A DNA stretch of 64,000 nucleotides, from contig OZ038378.1 in assembly GCA_964036045.1 (NCBI GenBank), forward strand, positions 187,550,001-187,614,000, given 5' to 3'. The notes beneath the pieces are model-generated. The model was not told the origin of the DNA, made no database searches, and worked only from the letters and a program-made list of their open reading frames with translations. Below are positions 1 through 13,112 of the stretch, one piece after another. The first letter of the stretch is position 1. Each line of letters begins with the position of its first letter. Position numbers and translations under genes: made by a program. This stretch comes from Eutreptiella sp. 'Long Island Sound 2002' (taxonomy: Eukaryota; Protista; Euglenida).

Positions 1-1921
1 TTGTGGTTTGGCGGGTACATGCCAACGGCGAGAAGCATATTGCCACCTTTTTTGTGGTCTGATTGTTGCTGAGGGAGGCCTCAAGTGTTACAGGAGGCTT
101 TGCTCAGGGCCACATGGCACTCAATCACCTTGGGATTCGTGCCACAATCCGGTGGGGCACTTGGTCGGGAAGCATTGCCGGACGCTGTTGTTGTTAGATT
201 CAAAGGACAGGCACCATTGGAGGGAGAGGTTGAGCGGTCCGGCAAGGCCCCGTTTCCTGATGGCAACGGTGTTGGTCTGCATGGAGGCAGACATAATGCT
301 TTCTCTGGTCGTTTGATTGAAAAGGTGCATTTTTGGTGTGCCCGCTAGTTTGCACTACAGCTTTTCTTTCGGACCCGGGGTTCTTCCAAGAATGACTGCT
401 TTTGCACAAAGGGGCACATCTCAAGGTGTAGAAACATGAAGGAAATGGGTCAGTGCTCGCACATAACACCCTCCACACCCAGCGCAACACCCTCGAGATG
501 GCTATCACCATGACGGAAGCTATGACTGCGATCACAATCTACACCTCCAGCTCTTTGGTGTGCTGCACAACTACGGGCAATACCACATGCCAGTCGCATA
601 TTGCAACAAAGCTGTCTCAAGCTGCCTCTGTCTCAAAGTCCACCTGACGACGTGGTCAGTGTGTAGCAGGAATACCCCCATCTGGTCTTTTTTAAAGCTG
701 GTTGCTTGTCGCTGCCCTCGCCGCCCGCACTCATGAGGGTGCCCACCGCCTGCGACCACTTGCGACCCTTGAGAAAATTTTTGTACACGTCTAGCCATGT
801 TATAGCCCACACACTCCCTCCCTCGCTACCTCGGGCCTGCGCGCCCTCCCTCCATCCCTACAAGTGTGCAAAGCATTTTTTTGGCCCATTGATGGAAAGG
901 CATATCACGATTGTCTCTTGCACTACATAGTGGCATTGGCAATGGCTTGTTGGCTCCTTGTCAGCACAAGTGGTTGGAGGCAGGGAGCCTTGGCCTTTCG
1001 CCGCTTGGCACGATCAACACACACCTTGGAATAGCTTCCACTCAATTTGAGATATAGTCACTCAACAATCTCATCCTCCATATTGTTATTTTGAGGTGCA
1101 CTAGAGCCGGAGTTTGAATTTCTCCTTAATGTCCGGGTGGTGATGCCAAGGAACCACAACCTCATACTTCTAGAACCGACGCAAATAGAATGATACCAAA
1201 TTAATAACCACCTTCATTCACCGGAACAACTTTTCCTTCCGTGCTCACCATGTCCACGCCAAGGAGCGCGCACAATGGCAAAGGTCCAAAAAATAGCATA
1301 CAATAGCTCCACACGAGAACGGAAGAATGCATGTGTGTCATTGTATGTGGATGCCGTGCGACCAAACTCTTTATTTGGAGGTTTTCAAGTGGTGCAACAA
1401 CATGTGGGCGACCAGCATAGGCACCATGCATCCGCCAACCAAATTCCCACATTCATTTTATGCCGAGGTACAAAGTTGGTGAACAAAGTGTTGCTCCTCC
1501 CACACATGTCATGACGGCATCAGCCTATGAAACAATTGCGCTCGGGTAAAAAGACAGTTTTTTCAGTAAAAACAAAAATGTTGTCAAAAAGTACTTTCAT
1601 GTCAAAGAACGCAAGAAAATGTGTAGGTAGAGGGGTCACAACCCATAGTACCCACGGAGAGCCCTCCCCTTGGAAAAGGAAAAGGGGGGGGGGGCATCTC
1701 AAGCGCCTGCAACCGCTTTGGACCGTTGGCACCCCCCATGCATGTGTCGTTGCTTGGTGGCAATGATCGGACATGCACAGCGTGAAGCAACACCCACCAA
1801 CCGATAGTGCAAGGAGTTCACTTTGCCGGACATGTGCACCGCCTACAATTGTCTCCAGTGTTGTGCCTCACAGGGTTAGGGTACTCATGCGTCAATGGGG
1901 CAGCCATGCCCCAAAGCCAGC

Positions 1922-2381
1922 AGGCGACCGACCCCATAACCAGTGCGTGAGCGACCCATGACCGTTCAGTGACTGGCCCCATGAGAGGCAGGCAACACAA
2001 TCCAAGACAGGTGGGCAGGCGACCCAATGACCGGCGGGCAACCAACCCCATGACCGGCCGGCAACCAACCCCATGACTAGTTTGCGACCAACCCTATGAC
2101 ATGTGGGCGACTGACCCCATGACCGGCGGGCGACTGACCCCATTACCGGCAGTTTACCTCCCTCACCCATAACCGGCGACCCCATGTAGGAGCAGCGGGC
2201 AACCCCATGACCGGCGGGCGACCAACCCCCTTTCCGTTGGGCAACCAACCCCGTGACCGGCAGGCAACCAAACCCATTTCCGTCGGGCAATCGACCCCAT
2301 GACCGGCGGGCGACCGACCCCATTACCGACCCCATGACTGGTGGGCGAATGACATCAAACCCGGCGGCGACCGACCCCATA
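1922..2381 (+). repeat. Degenerate ~20-bp minisatellite (GACCCCATGACCGGCGGGC-like)
   Basis: About 20 imperfect copies of (A/G)ACCCCATGACCGGCGGGC(G/A); interrupted at its right end by the family A element; inverted copies of the motif occur at 3650-3815. Confidence 0.85.
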
Positions 2382-2386
2382 GCTTG

Positions 2387-3113
2387 GGGGGCGCCTTAAG
2401 CGCAGTGCGCGCAGTGCAACTATTTGGGCGTTTGGCCGTAGTAGAAGCCCATACTTTGTGGTACTTTGGGCATCATTGTTGTTTGGTAGTAGGTTTTGAT
2501 GCATTGGGGATCTGGCATTTTTGCATGCTCACCGTGTTTCACCCATTTCTACTTTTTTCCACACATTTTTTGCCCATTTCCACCACATCTACTCTTTTTC
2601 TCGGTTCATATGATATTGATATGGTGATACCCTTTGAGGGTGCCTGCTACAGGACATCATACTTCCCTCCTCATTTCTCAGGCCCATTTTCTCCATGGAT
2701 CTCGGTATTGGGGATAAGGTGTTCTACACCCGCTCCAATGGCCTGCAACCTCCTACCACGGTGGTTGGGACGGTTGAAGACGGACTCCTCCACTTGGAAT
2801 GCTACCAAGATGGGTTGAGAGTGGTGAATCAGCAATGCAAGATGGAGTCCATCTCCTTTGCCATCCCAAGTTCAGACTCGCCACCTGATTGCCCTCCATC
2901 TCCGCTGCCCAACACATAGTCAAGTTTCCCCCCAAAGGCCGCCGGTCCTTCACCATGCTACAAGAACCGGGAAGGTCCCCCTCAAGGTCCCCTCTAGTCC
3001 AATTTGGGTCGCCTAATTCTAAGGGTGTTTCCAAGGGGCGTGCCTAGGGGCTCTTCGGGGGGAACATAGTCTAAAAGTAGCGCGCAGTGCGCGCGCAATG
3101 CAAGGATTCCCCC
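2387..3113 (+). mobile_element. Family A non-autonomous TIR element, copy 1 (3-bp TSD, PIF/Harbinger-like)
   Basis: Ends GGGGG...CCCCC flanked by TTG/TTG; subterminal GCGCAGTGCGCGCAGTGC at both ends in direct orientation; end sequences shared with 28038-28833 and 59749-60416. Confidence 0.85.
2695..2919 (+). pseudogene. Truncated Tudor/SH3-like mini-ORF carried by element A1
   Basis: MDLGIGDKVFYTRSNGLQPPTTVVGTVEDGLLHLECYQDGLRVVNQQCKMESISF is clearly homologous to the N-terminus of the 62073-62639 ORF; preceded by CTCATTTCTCAG (AG at 2680-81). Confidence 0.6.
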
Positions 3114-3810
3114 TTGCGGTCGACTGCCCCCAGTGTGGGGGTGGCTCCCCCTGAGCCAGGAGGCGGCCGCCCTAAAACTGGCAGGCAGCTGACCCCATAA
3201 CCGGTAGCTGGCCACCTTTTTAACCAAGAAGAGACCCTCGGTGAGCAATGCGTACCAGATTTTCGAGTACAAGATGATCATGAGCCAATTGCATTGCGTG
3301 ATTAGGTGATTGTGAGCGGGTATGACCCATGAGGGTATGGCTTTGAGGTTGTTAAACCTTTGGATCTCTTTGCCTCCTACATCCATGACTTTGTAGCGGC
3401 GAGAGGCCTGCAGACGCACAACTCCATGAGTGGGAGTGTTGTGACCCATTAGTCCAACCTCAGGGCAAGAGACACCGTCCCGTTTCTTCAATGAGCACAT
3501 TGGACAGCAAATGCCATTTCGCACAGTGCCACGGTTTGACCTTACAAATATTCTAGACCGCGAACCCCAACAAGCAATGGGTGTTGACAATCAGGGCTTG
3601 ACCCTAAAGCAAGGCAAATATCGAGGTGAATCGCCCCTGGGCAGGGCGAATAATCGTTATGGGGTCAGCTGCGCAATGAATCCTCCCCAAGCCAGGGCGA
3701 CTATTGGTATATGGTCGGCTGCCGGTACAAATATCGTTATGGGGTCGGCCACCTGCCTGGGTACGGCGGCGGCCACCCACACGCACAGTTACGGCGTTGA
3801 TCGCCCGCCG

Positions 3811-4168
3811 GTTTGACCAGAGGGGAACGACCATGCAAGCACATAGGCAAACCAAAAAGCGAGAGGAACAGCACATCAATATGCAGTCCTGGCCGACGTC
3901 ATTGGTTGCAAGTAGCAAGAATTGCCATGAAAACCCACCTGGGGTGGGTGGGGGGGGCTGTGTTCTGCCAGATAAAATTTCAGACCGACAAAAAGGGGGA
4001 GAGCATATGCGACACACACACGTGCACACACAGAGGCTGTGTGCTGCATGGGTCAAACTTCGGTTTGCTAATGGCAAACATCAGTTTGACCAAAGGGGAG
4101 AAACCATGCAAGCACACAGGCAAACCAAAAAGCAAGAGGAACAATACGTCAATATGCAGTTTTGGCCC
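3811..4168 (+). repeat. 84-bp direct repeat pair (3811-3894 and 4085-4168)
   Basis: GTTTGACCA(G/A)AGGGGA...CCATGCAAGCACA(T/C)AGGCAAACCAAAAAGC...AATATGCAGT occurs twice, about 274 bp apart. Confidence 0.8.
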
Positions 4169-4767
4169 GCAAAAGATTCAGCACCCGACTGCATGATATG
4201 TCCCCCGCGCCCCCCAGCATGCCCAAAAACACGCCAGGGGACAAGCAACATGCAAAGGGTCAAATCTGTCCAAGCAGCAAAAATCAAAACTGTTGTGGCC
4301 TTCGTACCTGCAGCCCGAGGCGGCGCTATGCGTCCAGTTGGGCAGTGCTGGTATCCCCATGAAAAACAGAAAAAAAATCTGCTGAAAGGGTCGGCCGGGT
4401 TAAATTCACCTAGGACACAACAGAGATAAACCGGAGGAGGAGTGCAAATGACGGTACACACGCCAAAGGATGCAGTTTTGCACACGCAATCCCAGACTGG
4501 CTTTCCCCGCCACATAAGACTGCCGCACTACAAAACTATCAACGACCAGGAAAACATGATTCCAGCCCAAGGCCTCAATGAACATTACTGAAAACTCCAA
4601 GGCTCAGAACCCCACAGCCTGCTAATTGAGCCCAGAATTGGGCAAAAAGCAGAAAAAGATTCCCATGCCCACCCTCCACAAAGCCTCCCTTCAGACCGAG
4701 CCATATCGCGCCCCGTCAAAAAACACATAGGTGCCCCAATCACATCGGCGCTTCAGCAGCAGCAGGG

Positions 4768-4900
4768 ACCATTTACACAGGCCCCAAGGGAGGAGATGCA
4801 ATAAATGTATGGGGGTGTCATGCTGGTAGTACCATTTACACAGGCCCCAAGGGAGGAGGCCCACCAACACATGCACCAACACATGTATGGGGGCGTCATG
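4768..4900 (+). repeat. ~62-bp tandem duplication
   Basis: CCATTTACACAGGCCCCAAGGGAGGAG and GTATGGGGG(T/C)GTCATGC each occur twice. Confidence 0.7.
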
Positions 4901-7271
4901 CAGCCACTGCGGTGACCACAGTATGTGAACCCAAACACGCGCCATGAAGGGAAGTACCCCCTAGCTTGGGCACACATACTACAGCAAACGCCCCCCAAAA
5001 CAAAACAAGTGTTTGCGCTTGCCGCATGCCAACTGAAAGCAACGTGCAATGAGCGCGGACCAGTTGCTCTTCACCATGCTGACCTTGCCTGTCCGTCATT
5101 GCTTGTCCAACCTCAAGAGCCTCATGACGACATTAATGAGTTGGAGCTCCCAGTGCTGGAGCTTGACGACTCCATGGTGACTGTGGAGTCCCACCCGGAT
5201 ATTCGCCCTGGCCTCGGGCGAATCTAGCCGGAATCGAGGGGGGGCACGCGGATTCTTGAACGCTCAACCCAGGCACCTTGTTTGCTGTGGTGTTGTGGCG
5301 AACATAATCATGATGCACGTCACTCCTGGGGCACAGGAGGTCGTATTTACAAAAAATCTGTGTGGCCAAAGTCAAGATGTTGACCTGAGCACTTGCATGT
5401 GGGCAACATGTAGCGCAGTTGACCATTGAGGTAGTTTTTGGCCTGCCAACTCCTCACTCGTTTTGCTTCAGTTTGCCGTTCACAATGGCGGCCCTTGACT
5501 TGGAAAGTTCTCTTGAGCGCGCAGATTTCTTTGGCATTGTGGGCGCCCCCTCGAGGCTTTCGAAGTCATCCTCGGTGTTGTCAAAGATTCCGCAAAAGCC
5601 TTCTCCAAGTGTGACACCCAGGCCAAAGGTTGCACGTCCTCGGCCACCAAAGCTCAAGAACAAGGGTATGCAAACTGGTAGAGGTTTGGGGCACAATGCA
5701 CACTTTTGTGTGGTTGTGTGGGCGTCCCTTCTGCTGGGGGTCTACCTGTGTTCCAGTGCAATCCCCGCGCTTCGTGCGCTCGCCAAGATTGCATAGGTGT
5801 ATCACATGGCGGCCGCATCCCCCCACCGAAATAACGGCGTCCATAGATGAGCATGCAAAAAAAATTGTGGCACGACCTTTGCACTATCCTAAGACTGCCA
5901 ACGAAGCGTCGTGCGGGGGGTGTCGGACACGAGCGGTGGGGTGGTATCCCCGTTGAGAGTGGAGCAGGGGGGTGGGGGGGGGGGGGGGGCAGGGGGTTTG
6001 AGAGGGGTGGGGGGAGTCCATGCGCTGTCTCATGTGACGAAACGGGCTCGCCACTGGGGACTTCCTTCCCACAGAAAGGTACCTTTGGATACCTATGCCA
6101 CTGACGAGTGTTGTTTCTGTTTGTCTTGTTGCTGCTCTTCTGTACCCTTCCCGAATGGGGTCCAGGGTTTTCCAGATATTTTCACGGAGGACAGCCCCTT
6201 CAGGACAGCCCCTTGTCCCAGTCGGTTACCTGCCAACCGCCCGCTGGTGCCCAACAAAAATGGCCAAGTTCTTGTTGACTATGCACCGACTGTGGGTGCA
6301 GGTTCACATTTATGAAGGTTCACATGTACCCTCTCTCTTTGCCAATGACAAACATCATTGGCAATGATCTGAAACGGTGTAATGCTCTGGTTGCCTTCTC
6401 CGATGGCGGGGTGCGCGTTTGTTGGGTCGCGCGTAAATCAACGAGATTTTTTTTCGGGAGTTGAGGACAGCCCTGACTCTTTGGGGCAGGTAAGGGTGCA
6501 GTGAAGGACCACGGCACATTTCCACTTCCCTGGGTGCACTGCCGCCCCTCCAGGAGTGATTGGTGAATTGAGGCCCAATTCTGGGGTGCCCTAGGCTTTG
6601 TGGTGTGGGGAGTCCTCCCCACTTTAGAGGGGCTGTGCTGCGCCTCTAGCGGACGTTGGCTGTACTTCCATTTTGTCCACACAGGCATCACGTTCAGCAA
6701 GATGGTGGGAAGGGAGGCCAGCATCTGTGGGCAGCCTCTTATGGCGGGTCTTGCCTCACTTCATCTGGACTCGCCTCTGGATCGAAATGCTCTGGATCAA
6801 GTCTACCAACGACTCCACAAACGATCCCCAGCCACGGACTTCTCTAAGAGTTCTCCGCGTGCTCCCGCGAGAAAGGTATGCTCTGTCTCCTCTGGAGGTG
6901 AGGGAGGTGGAGGTGGTGTGTAAGGACTGCTGCTTGGCAAGAGCCCGACCACTGTCTAGACCACGTAAAAACCAACAGCCAGCAGCAGTGTATGTCCGTA
7001 CGCGCGCGCTCGCACGTGTGTGTTGAATACCCTTTGAACTCTTCCATAGAACGAAAGACGCCTGGGGCTGCTCTCCGGCTCCTGGGCGCTGTCCAACAAA
7101 TCTCTCCACCTTCGTGCCTCTCGAAACCAAATGTGCTTTTCATTTGCTAAAGTTGATGCAACGTGTCCTGTGCTAGGACAGAAATATCTGAAGACTGCCT
7201 CAACTACTCGGTGCACAATCCATGCCTACCCATTTGCACATGTTCGCCTTGCTGGTGACGCTGCTCACGCC

Positions 7272-7388
7272 AGGCACACACACACAAAAATGCACGGACG
7301 CGCGTGCACACGCACGCCTGCACGCAGCCGGGCAGGCAGACGCACACACTCACGGGCAAACACACACACACGCACGCACGCACACAGT
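7272..7388 (+). repeat. (CA)/(GCAC)-rich microsatellite
   Basis: Direct reading of CACACA/GCACGCAC runs. Confidence 0.8.
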
Positions 7389-7960
7389 GCAGCACTGCAA
7401 AAAAGCAATACCTCTTCAGCAACAATTCATGAACCCTCGGTTGGGTGGCCTGGCGGTAGGGCGTGAGGAGGAAAGTCACTGTAGGTCGCGTTTCGTGAGG
7501 AAGGCGCGGGCCGATCTGCCATTGCCCCTTACATTCACGAAGGCCTACGCATTTCGTTCGGTAGGGTCTTCAGAAGCCGACTCCGTCGAACAGGGACTTC
7601 AGTAGGCCTCCTGAACTCCCGAAACGACATTGTGCGACCATCAATATGGGTCGGCAGTCGGGACGAGAACAGGCCCTCTTCTGGATGGAGGAGGACAAGG
7701 AAGAGTCGGAGAATGCCCACATCATCGAACTGATTCTGAAACGAGCGTTACAGCCCAAGCCACCACCGCCCTCGGCGACGGAGAGCGATCGTGGCACGCC
7801 TGTGTACAAAGGTATTCCTTAGCACGCCTGACGTAAGTGTTGGGATAATGATGGGTCGAACGTTCGTGCATTCAGCTTCTTGTGGTGTCGTGCCGCTGTG
7901 ACTCTCAAATTTCAACGTCCTCCAGACTTCAAGCTGTTTTGATCTCGAATCCCACGGCAG

Positions 7961-8409
7961 GGATTTTTGGTCTCTCTCAAGAGAGAAGAAGTACATCACG
8001 TGCATGCCCACTTTGCAACTTCCGGCCAAGATGACGTGAGCGTCTCCAGTTGGCCTTTGTTGTCGGGTGTAGTGAGCCCCCCATTCCCGTTTTTTGGGGA
8101 TGGACTGGAGGTTCGACAAAGGCACGTCTTGGAAAGAACTGGACAGACAAATATGCAACACAAATTCGTACTCGGACGTGCATCCGTCGCCTCCGAAACC
8201 CCACGCGCTGTCCGTTGCACCATATTAGACCTCCAAACGACGAACCCATGACCCTCCATGCAGGCTGGGCCAGCACTGAAGCAGAAATTAGAGATTCTAT
8301 TGTGCTGTCATGCAAGTGGACAGGTGCCTCCGACGTTTGGCGTAGTTTGAAATTGAGAGGAGTGGTGGGAGATTCGAAAAGTCCGACGCGCTATCCGTTC
8401 TGCCCCTGA
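7961..8409 (+). CDS. Candidate exons (7961-8035, 8229-8409) of an unidentified gene
   Basis: CAG|75-nt phase-2/2 exon|GTGAGC, then an in-phase open segment PPNDEPMTLHAGWASTEAEIRDSIVLSCKW...PFCP*; strong GTAAGT donor at 7833; no family recognised. Confidence 0.2.
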
Positions 8410-9894
8410 TTTCAGCGAAACGACGACTCTTAGACTGGCAACACGAGTCCAACCAACACGTGGGATGCCTACATCATTGCAAAACACTGAGTAATGTCTT
8501 TTGCGGTCCCAATTTTTGCTTACAATAGAAAGGGGTGCATGTGCTGGGAGGGTCTGACATGGTTCACTGGTCGATGATCGGAAATTGGTTGCGTTGCTGT
8601 GCATCCGGCTGGTGTTTTTCGACAGAGTGTGGTACGCGGCGGCAAATCCACAAATGGTGCAGTGCCCGGGAATGTGTGTGGTGAGGTGTTGTCCAACCAA
8701 CACCTGCTGTCGTTTCCGCAGTTCTTGCTGTTTGCACAACGGTAGGGGGGGATTTCCCGGTGCCGTATTTCTCCATCTAGCGTTGCTGCTCGTAGGTCGC
8801 CTGGATTTTTTGACGCCAGCGCCACCAACGATGTTGCCTGCGCCTTCAATGCATGATTTCGAGCTACCAGTGCACCACCGCAGCGGCTGTAGCGTCTGCA
8901 ATGATCCCCGCTTCGCGGAGAAAATGTCCCGCATCGACGCTGAGATGGATGGCAACCACGCGCACCAAGGTTTCTTCAACACAGCCCCGGGGCCACCTCC
9001 TGTGTACATGAAGGCGTTACTGCCCAACGCCAGAATTGAAGCAGCGCCGCTGTAGGTGGGGATGGTGTAAGCGCCTTGTAAGTACGTTCTGGTAGCTACC
9101 ATGTGTCCAACGTGCCCATGTGACACATTGGGTACCACAATACGTTCTATCCAGAACAACATCTGCAGCTGGTAAATTGAGTCAATCTACTCCTGCCTCT
9201 CGATCTTGACCTGCAACACCATATTGTTAGCGCTGCGCTGTCTGCTTTGATACTTGTTCGACTGGATTGCCTTTCTCAAGGCGACTGCACTGCGATGGAT
9301 CCCGATGACCAGAAACGCATAAATTGGCCCCCCTCCTGTGTATTTATTCTCGGTTTTTCCTTTTCGGCGGTGGAGGCAGCTCGGATTCGCATGTTACACA
9401 AACTCGTTGTGATAATTTCATTCTGATCTCCTCAGCCAATTCTCTTCTCTTTGAGGAAAATGCGTGGGAATTAGGCTGTGGAACTGGGCATGACCGAAGC
9501 ACTGATCGATGCAAGTTCTACACCCTCTTGAGCAGATGGCACCCTCAACGAGTTTACGACACTCGTTTCCCAGGTCGTTGGGTGGTGCACAAGTCTCCCT
9601 AAATGTCTGTTGCCGCGATTTCGCCCATATATTGTTTGCCAGTCAGGTTTTGTCAGCCGCCTTACCATGTTGTTTCCTTCGAAGTTCTGTATGCAGCATG
9701 AGAAGAATTTTAATGCCCTTCCTGGAGATTGCAATTCCCAGAGATTCCCCTGAATTCTGTGCCAGATCGCACTCAACACCCCTCTGACTGTACACTGCCA
9801 TTTTTTCTGCAAGTTTTTCCAGGGGTGGGTGGAAGGGTTGAGGGCCGTCAAAATAGCTCCACGCTTTGTTTGGCGAAGAAGGTTTGCCCCGTTT

Positions 9895-9972
9895 CATGTG
9901 TGTGTGTGTGTGTTTGTGTGTTTGTGTGCCTGCATGTGTGTGTGTGTGTGTGTGTGTGTATGTACGTGTGCG
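9895..9972 (+). repeat. (TG)n microsatellite
   Basis: Imperfect TG run read directly. Confidence 0.9.
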
Positions 9973-10425
9973 GGTTTTACCGAGAAGGTGAGGGATTTCA
10001 TGAACGGTCTTCTCTCCTCCTGTTGGCCTCCCAGGCTCCACCATTCGTACAGAACCGTTCCCGCGCCCCTCCAAAGCCCCAACCGTCAGGTTGGTCTGGT
10101 TGGGTGAAGTTTGCTTTCAAACTGTGGCTGGAGCGCAGAGTGATGACAGACAAAGAACGCTGCCCAATGTACAAGGTCGCTTCTTCTTGCAAGAAAAGGG
10201 CTGCCTCCCCATGCATCGGCGTTGTTTCCTGCTTCCGACCAGCTCCAGCATCGTTGTCATCCGAGTCTCGTCTCACATTAAAGCGACGATAGCACGTGGA
10301 AGTCACGTGGTGTCTGTTCAATTCATGTCCAAGATTTTGCCTCAAATGGCACCACACGCGTTAGGGATGGGCTTGGTAACGAGGAATTTTGCAGCATCTA
10401 TTGAGGCGCTTGCGCTGAAGTCACC

Positions 10426-10643
10426 GGTATGGTATGGTATTGGTATTGGTATTGGTATTGGTATTGGTATTGGTATTGGTATTGGTATTGGTATTGGTAT
10501 TGGTATTGGTATTGGTATTGGTGTTGTATGGTATGCTATGGTATTGTATGGTATGGTATGGTATGCTATGGTATTGGTATTGTATGGTATTGTATGGTAT
10601 TGTATGGCGTTGCTGTTGGTTTTGGTTTTGGTATTGGTATTGG
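10426..10643 (+). repeat. (GGTATT)n hexamer array grading into degenerate (GGTAT)n
   Basis: About 14 perfect GGTATT units (10436-10519) followed by GGTAT/TGTAT variants. Confidence 0.95.
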
Positions 10644-12096
10644 CATTGACAAGGGATTGGTGTACTAGTATGCTGTACCTTCGATGGCTTTGCCGATCGT
10701 CTTTTTGTTAATGAACGATTTAAATGTACTGAACCTGCACGACCTCTCTGACCCCATATTGTTGTATGCTTTGGATTGGATGCCCCTTTGCAATCCTTTT
10801 CATGTGGGTGGAAGTTTTGAGAACACTAGCTACTTGACCTGCACCATCCCCGTCACCACAGTTTTCCTTTTGGCCAGGTTTCTTTCTTCCTGCATCGTCT
10901 GGAGGTACCTCTAAGTGGTGCAACGAGCGCTTCAGTGTGTGGTGCAATTTCCACGATCCTGAGGAACGGTGCACGCAAGGCCAAGCAACACATTTTTCTG
11001 TCAACGAAAACTCCGTTCTACGATTAAAAAAAAGCGTCGCCTCACCCAAAAGGCTATTTGTGCTGCTACCTGCCAGGATAATTGCTTAGCTGCCCGCACC
11101 GATTGTTTGCCTGCCCAAAAGCGTATTTGCTTGTTTGCCTGCCCAAGTGTTTTGGGAAGGCATCCAGTTGGGCAGGCAAACAGTCGGATCCAAGGGCGCA
11201 TGCAGGTTGTAGCGCTCCCAAGCAGCAACAGCAGCATGCAACAAGCAGTGGGACGAGGCAGCAGGTGGAAACCGCAAGGGGTGTTGGGGGTGGAGCAGGG
11301 TTGCACCACTCCTCAACACGGATGGACAGTGCTGTAAGGCTCCTGCCATGGGCCATGCCCGGGATCTGTTTGCTTTGCTCTACGTTGGGGCTGCTGGCAG
11401 TCTTTGTACAGTGCTTCTGCCCCTGGATTGCCGTTGGGACCGCACCCATGTGGATTTGCACACAACCGGTGGACTTGGGCAAGCAACACGAGGTGTTGTC
11501 TCCACAACTCGTGATGGGGGGGTACGATGCATACATGCAACACATTGGGGGCAAGAGGCGGCGTACAATACATGTTGTGCAACACACAGCATGCTGCTCG
11601 TCTCCCTGTTTCACTGGTCGGCCCGCAGCAGCCCTTATGGACACTGTCAGCGCCTGCACCTCCGGTGCATTTGCCCACGTGAATGCTGGCCGGCCAAACA
11701 CGCCCGAAAGTTTCTAGGGCCCCCTTCAATGGCCCCTCTTTGTGGACTCAAAAATGCGCAGACATACACCGGCTTTTCAAATAAATCGTGAAACTCAACA
11801 ATTTTTTCACTATCGACCGTTGCCCAGTGCAGCGGCGTGCCCCACTCTCCCGTCGGTCGCTCGGACCCCCCACACGGCACCACAAGGCCCCTCCTCCCTT
11901 CGCTGCGGGCCTTGGAACGGGGATGAGTTGACCCGTAACAAAGGGAACGGTGCACGATCCGAGTGAATCAGTGGGGCCCTGTACTCCCGGGGCCGTTGTA
12001 TGTGAGCTCGGCACAGAGCTATACGGGGCATAACAAAGGTTTGCTGCGTCGTTCTGACCATGTGGAACATCACACTGTTTGGCTGTACCAGCCCGA

Positions 12097-12389
12097 GGGG
12101 GCGTGCCGTGCGCTGTGCGAAAAGTTGGCTGTTCTCCACCACCGGGAGTTCGGTAAGTTCAGAAGATTGAAAGGACGTCATTGAATGGATGCTGCAGTGG
12201 ACGGGGCTATAGGGGGCAGAATTTAGGTCCCTGGGACCCATGGCAAGCATCAGATGTTTGAATTTTTGAGTTTTGAATTGATTGTGCATGATTCCGCAGG
12301 TGGGTGGTTTTCAGGGTTGTTACCTGGATAATCACCGTAATAATTGGCGCTGTGCGCGCGCTGTGCCCGCGCTGTGCGAAAATGCCCCC
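12097..12389 (+). mobile_element. Family B minimal non-autonomous TIR element (293 bp)
   Basis: GGGGGCGT...ATGCCCCC flanked by CGA/CGA; GCGCTGTGC(G/C)CGCGCTGTGC repeats at both ends; nearly full-length match to 63003-63326. Confidence 0.9.
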
Positions 12390-12712
12390 CGAGTCTCGCA
12401 GTTGATGCATGATTTGAATGTTTCTTGATCTCTCTCCATGGTCGCTGCGCCGTCCTCACCCCCTCCATGTCGTGCCCTGGTCCAGCCGCATGTTCGTGCA
12501 GGCAACGCCCAAGCGCGGTTGGCGTTCAAATAGGAGTCCGGGCCGTTCGGGCTGTGAGCAGCTGCAGTTCCCGCTGCGTTTCGGATACGCTAACCACAGG
12601 CCGCCTCCTTTCCATGGGAGAAACTCCCGGTCTGTCCTCTGACCACTGAGCCATCTGCAGTCCATTGTGTCTGGTTTGAGGCGCCTGTGCATATCACCCA
12701 CCTTTGCACCAC

Positions 12713-13112
12713 CACCCCCGTTTGCACCCCACGTTCCCCACTACCACCACCTGAACACCGCCCTTGTCAGAACAACACGAGGGGTTGTTGATGCAACTTT
12801 TGGAACCGTGGAATTTGGCGGTTCCTTTTTCGGGTTGTCTATGAAGATCAAGTTTCCCGCGATTCGGGGCTGGGGATGGTATTCCAGGGATGCGTCTTAC
12901 TGTCCTTTTTGCCCCTCCCTTCAGTACGCGACTCTGATGCACCTCCATGGACATGGCTGCCTGGGCCCTGGATGATGCATTGCTGTGCTGCTTGTGTCTG
13001 TTCACGGTGCACCTAAATAGCGCCCTTGTCAGAACAACAGGAGGTGCTGCTCCCGTCGTTTTCAGTGTTTTTACCGTCTTCCTCGCAAGGGCCCGGAGGA
13101 GGGGGGGAGGGG
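12713..13112 (+). mobile_element. Family I repeat, copy 1
   Basis: About 260-bp core shared with 49135-49590 and 50918-51221; CGCCCTTGTCAGAACAAC occurs directly repeated near both ends; C-rich left and G-rich right flanks (ends approximate). Confidence 0.7.

Noticed and set aside
8308-9851. 284-aa minus-strand ORF with CxxC..H and neighbouring frames as a possible LINE remnant
   Set aside because: No convincing RT or endonuclease motif; left uncalled
10091-10711. ORFs with poly-GI, poly-WY and poly-VL tracts
   Set aside because: Translations of the (GGTATT)n microsatellite
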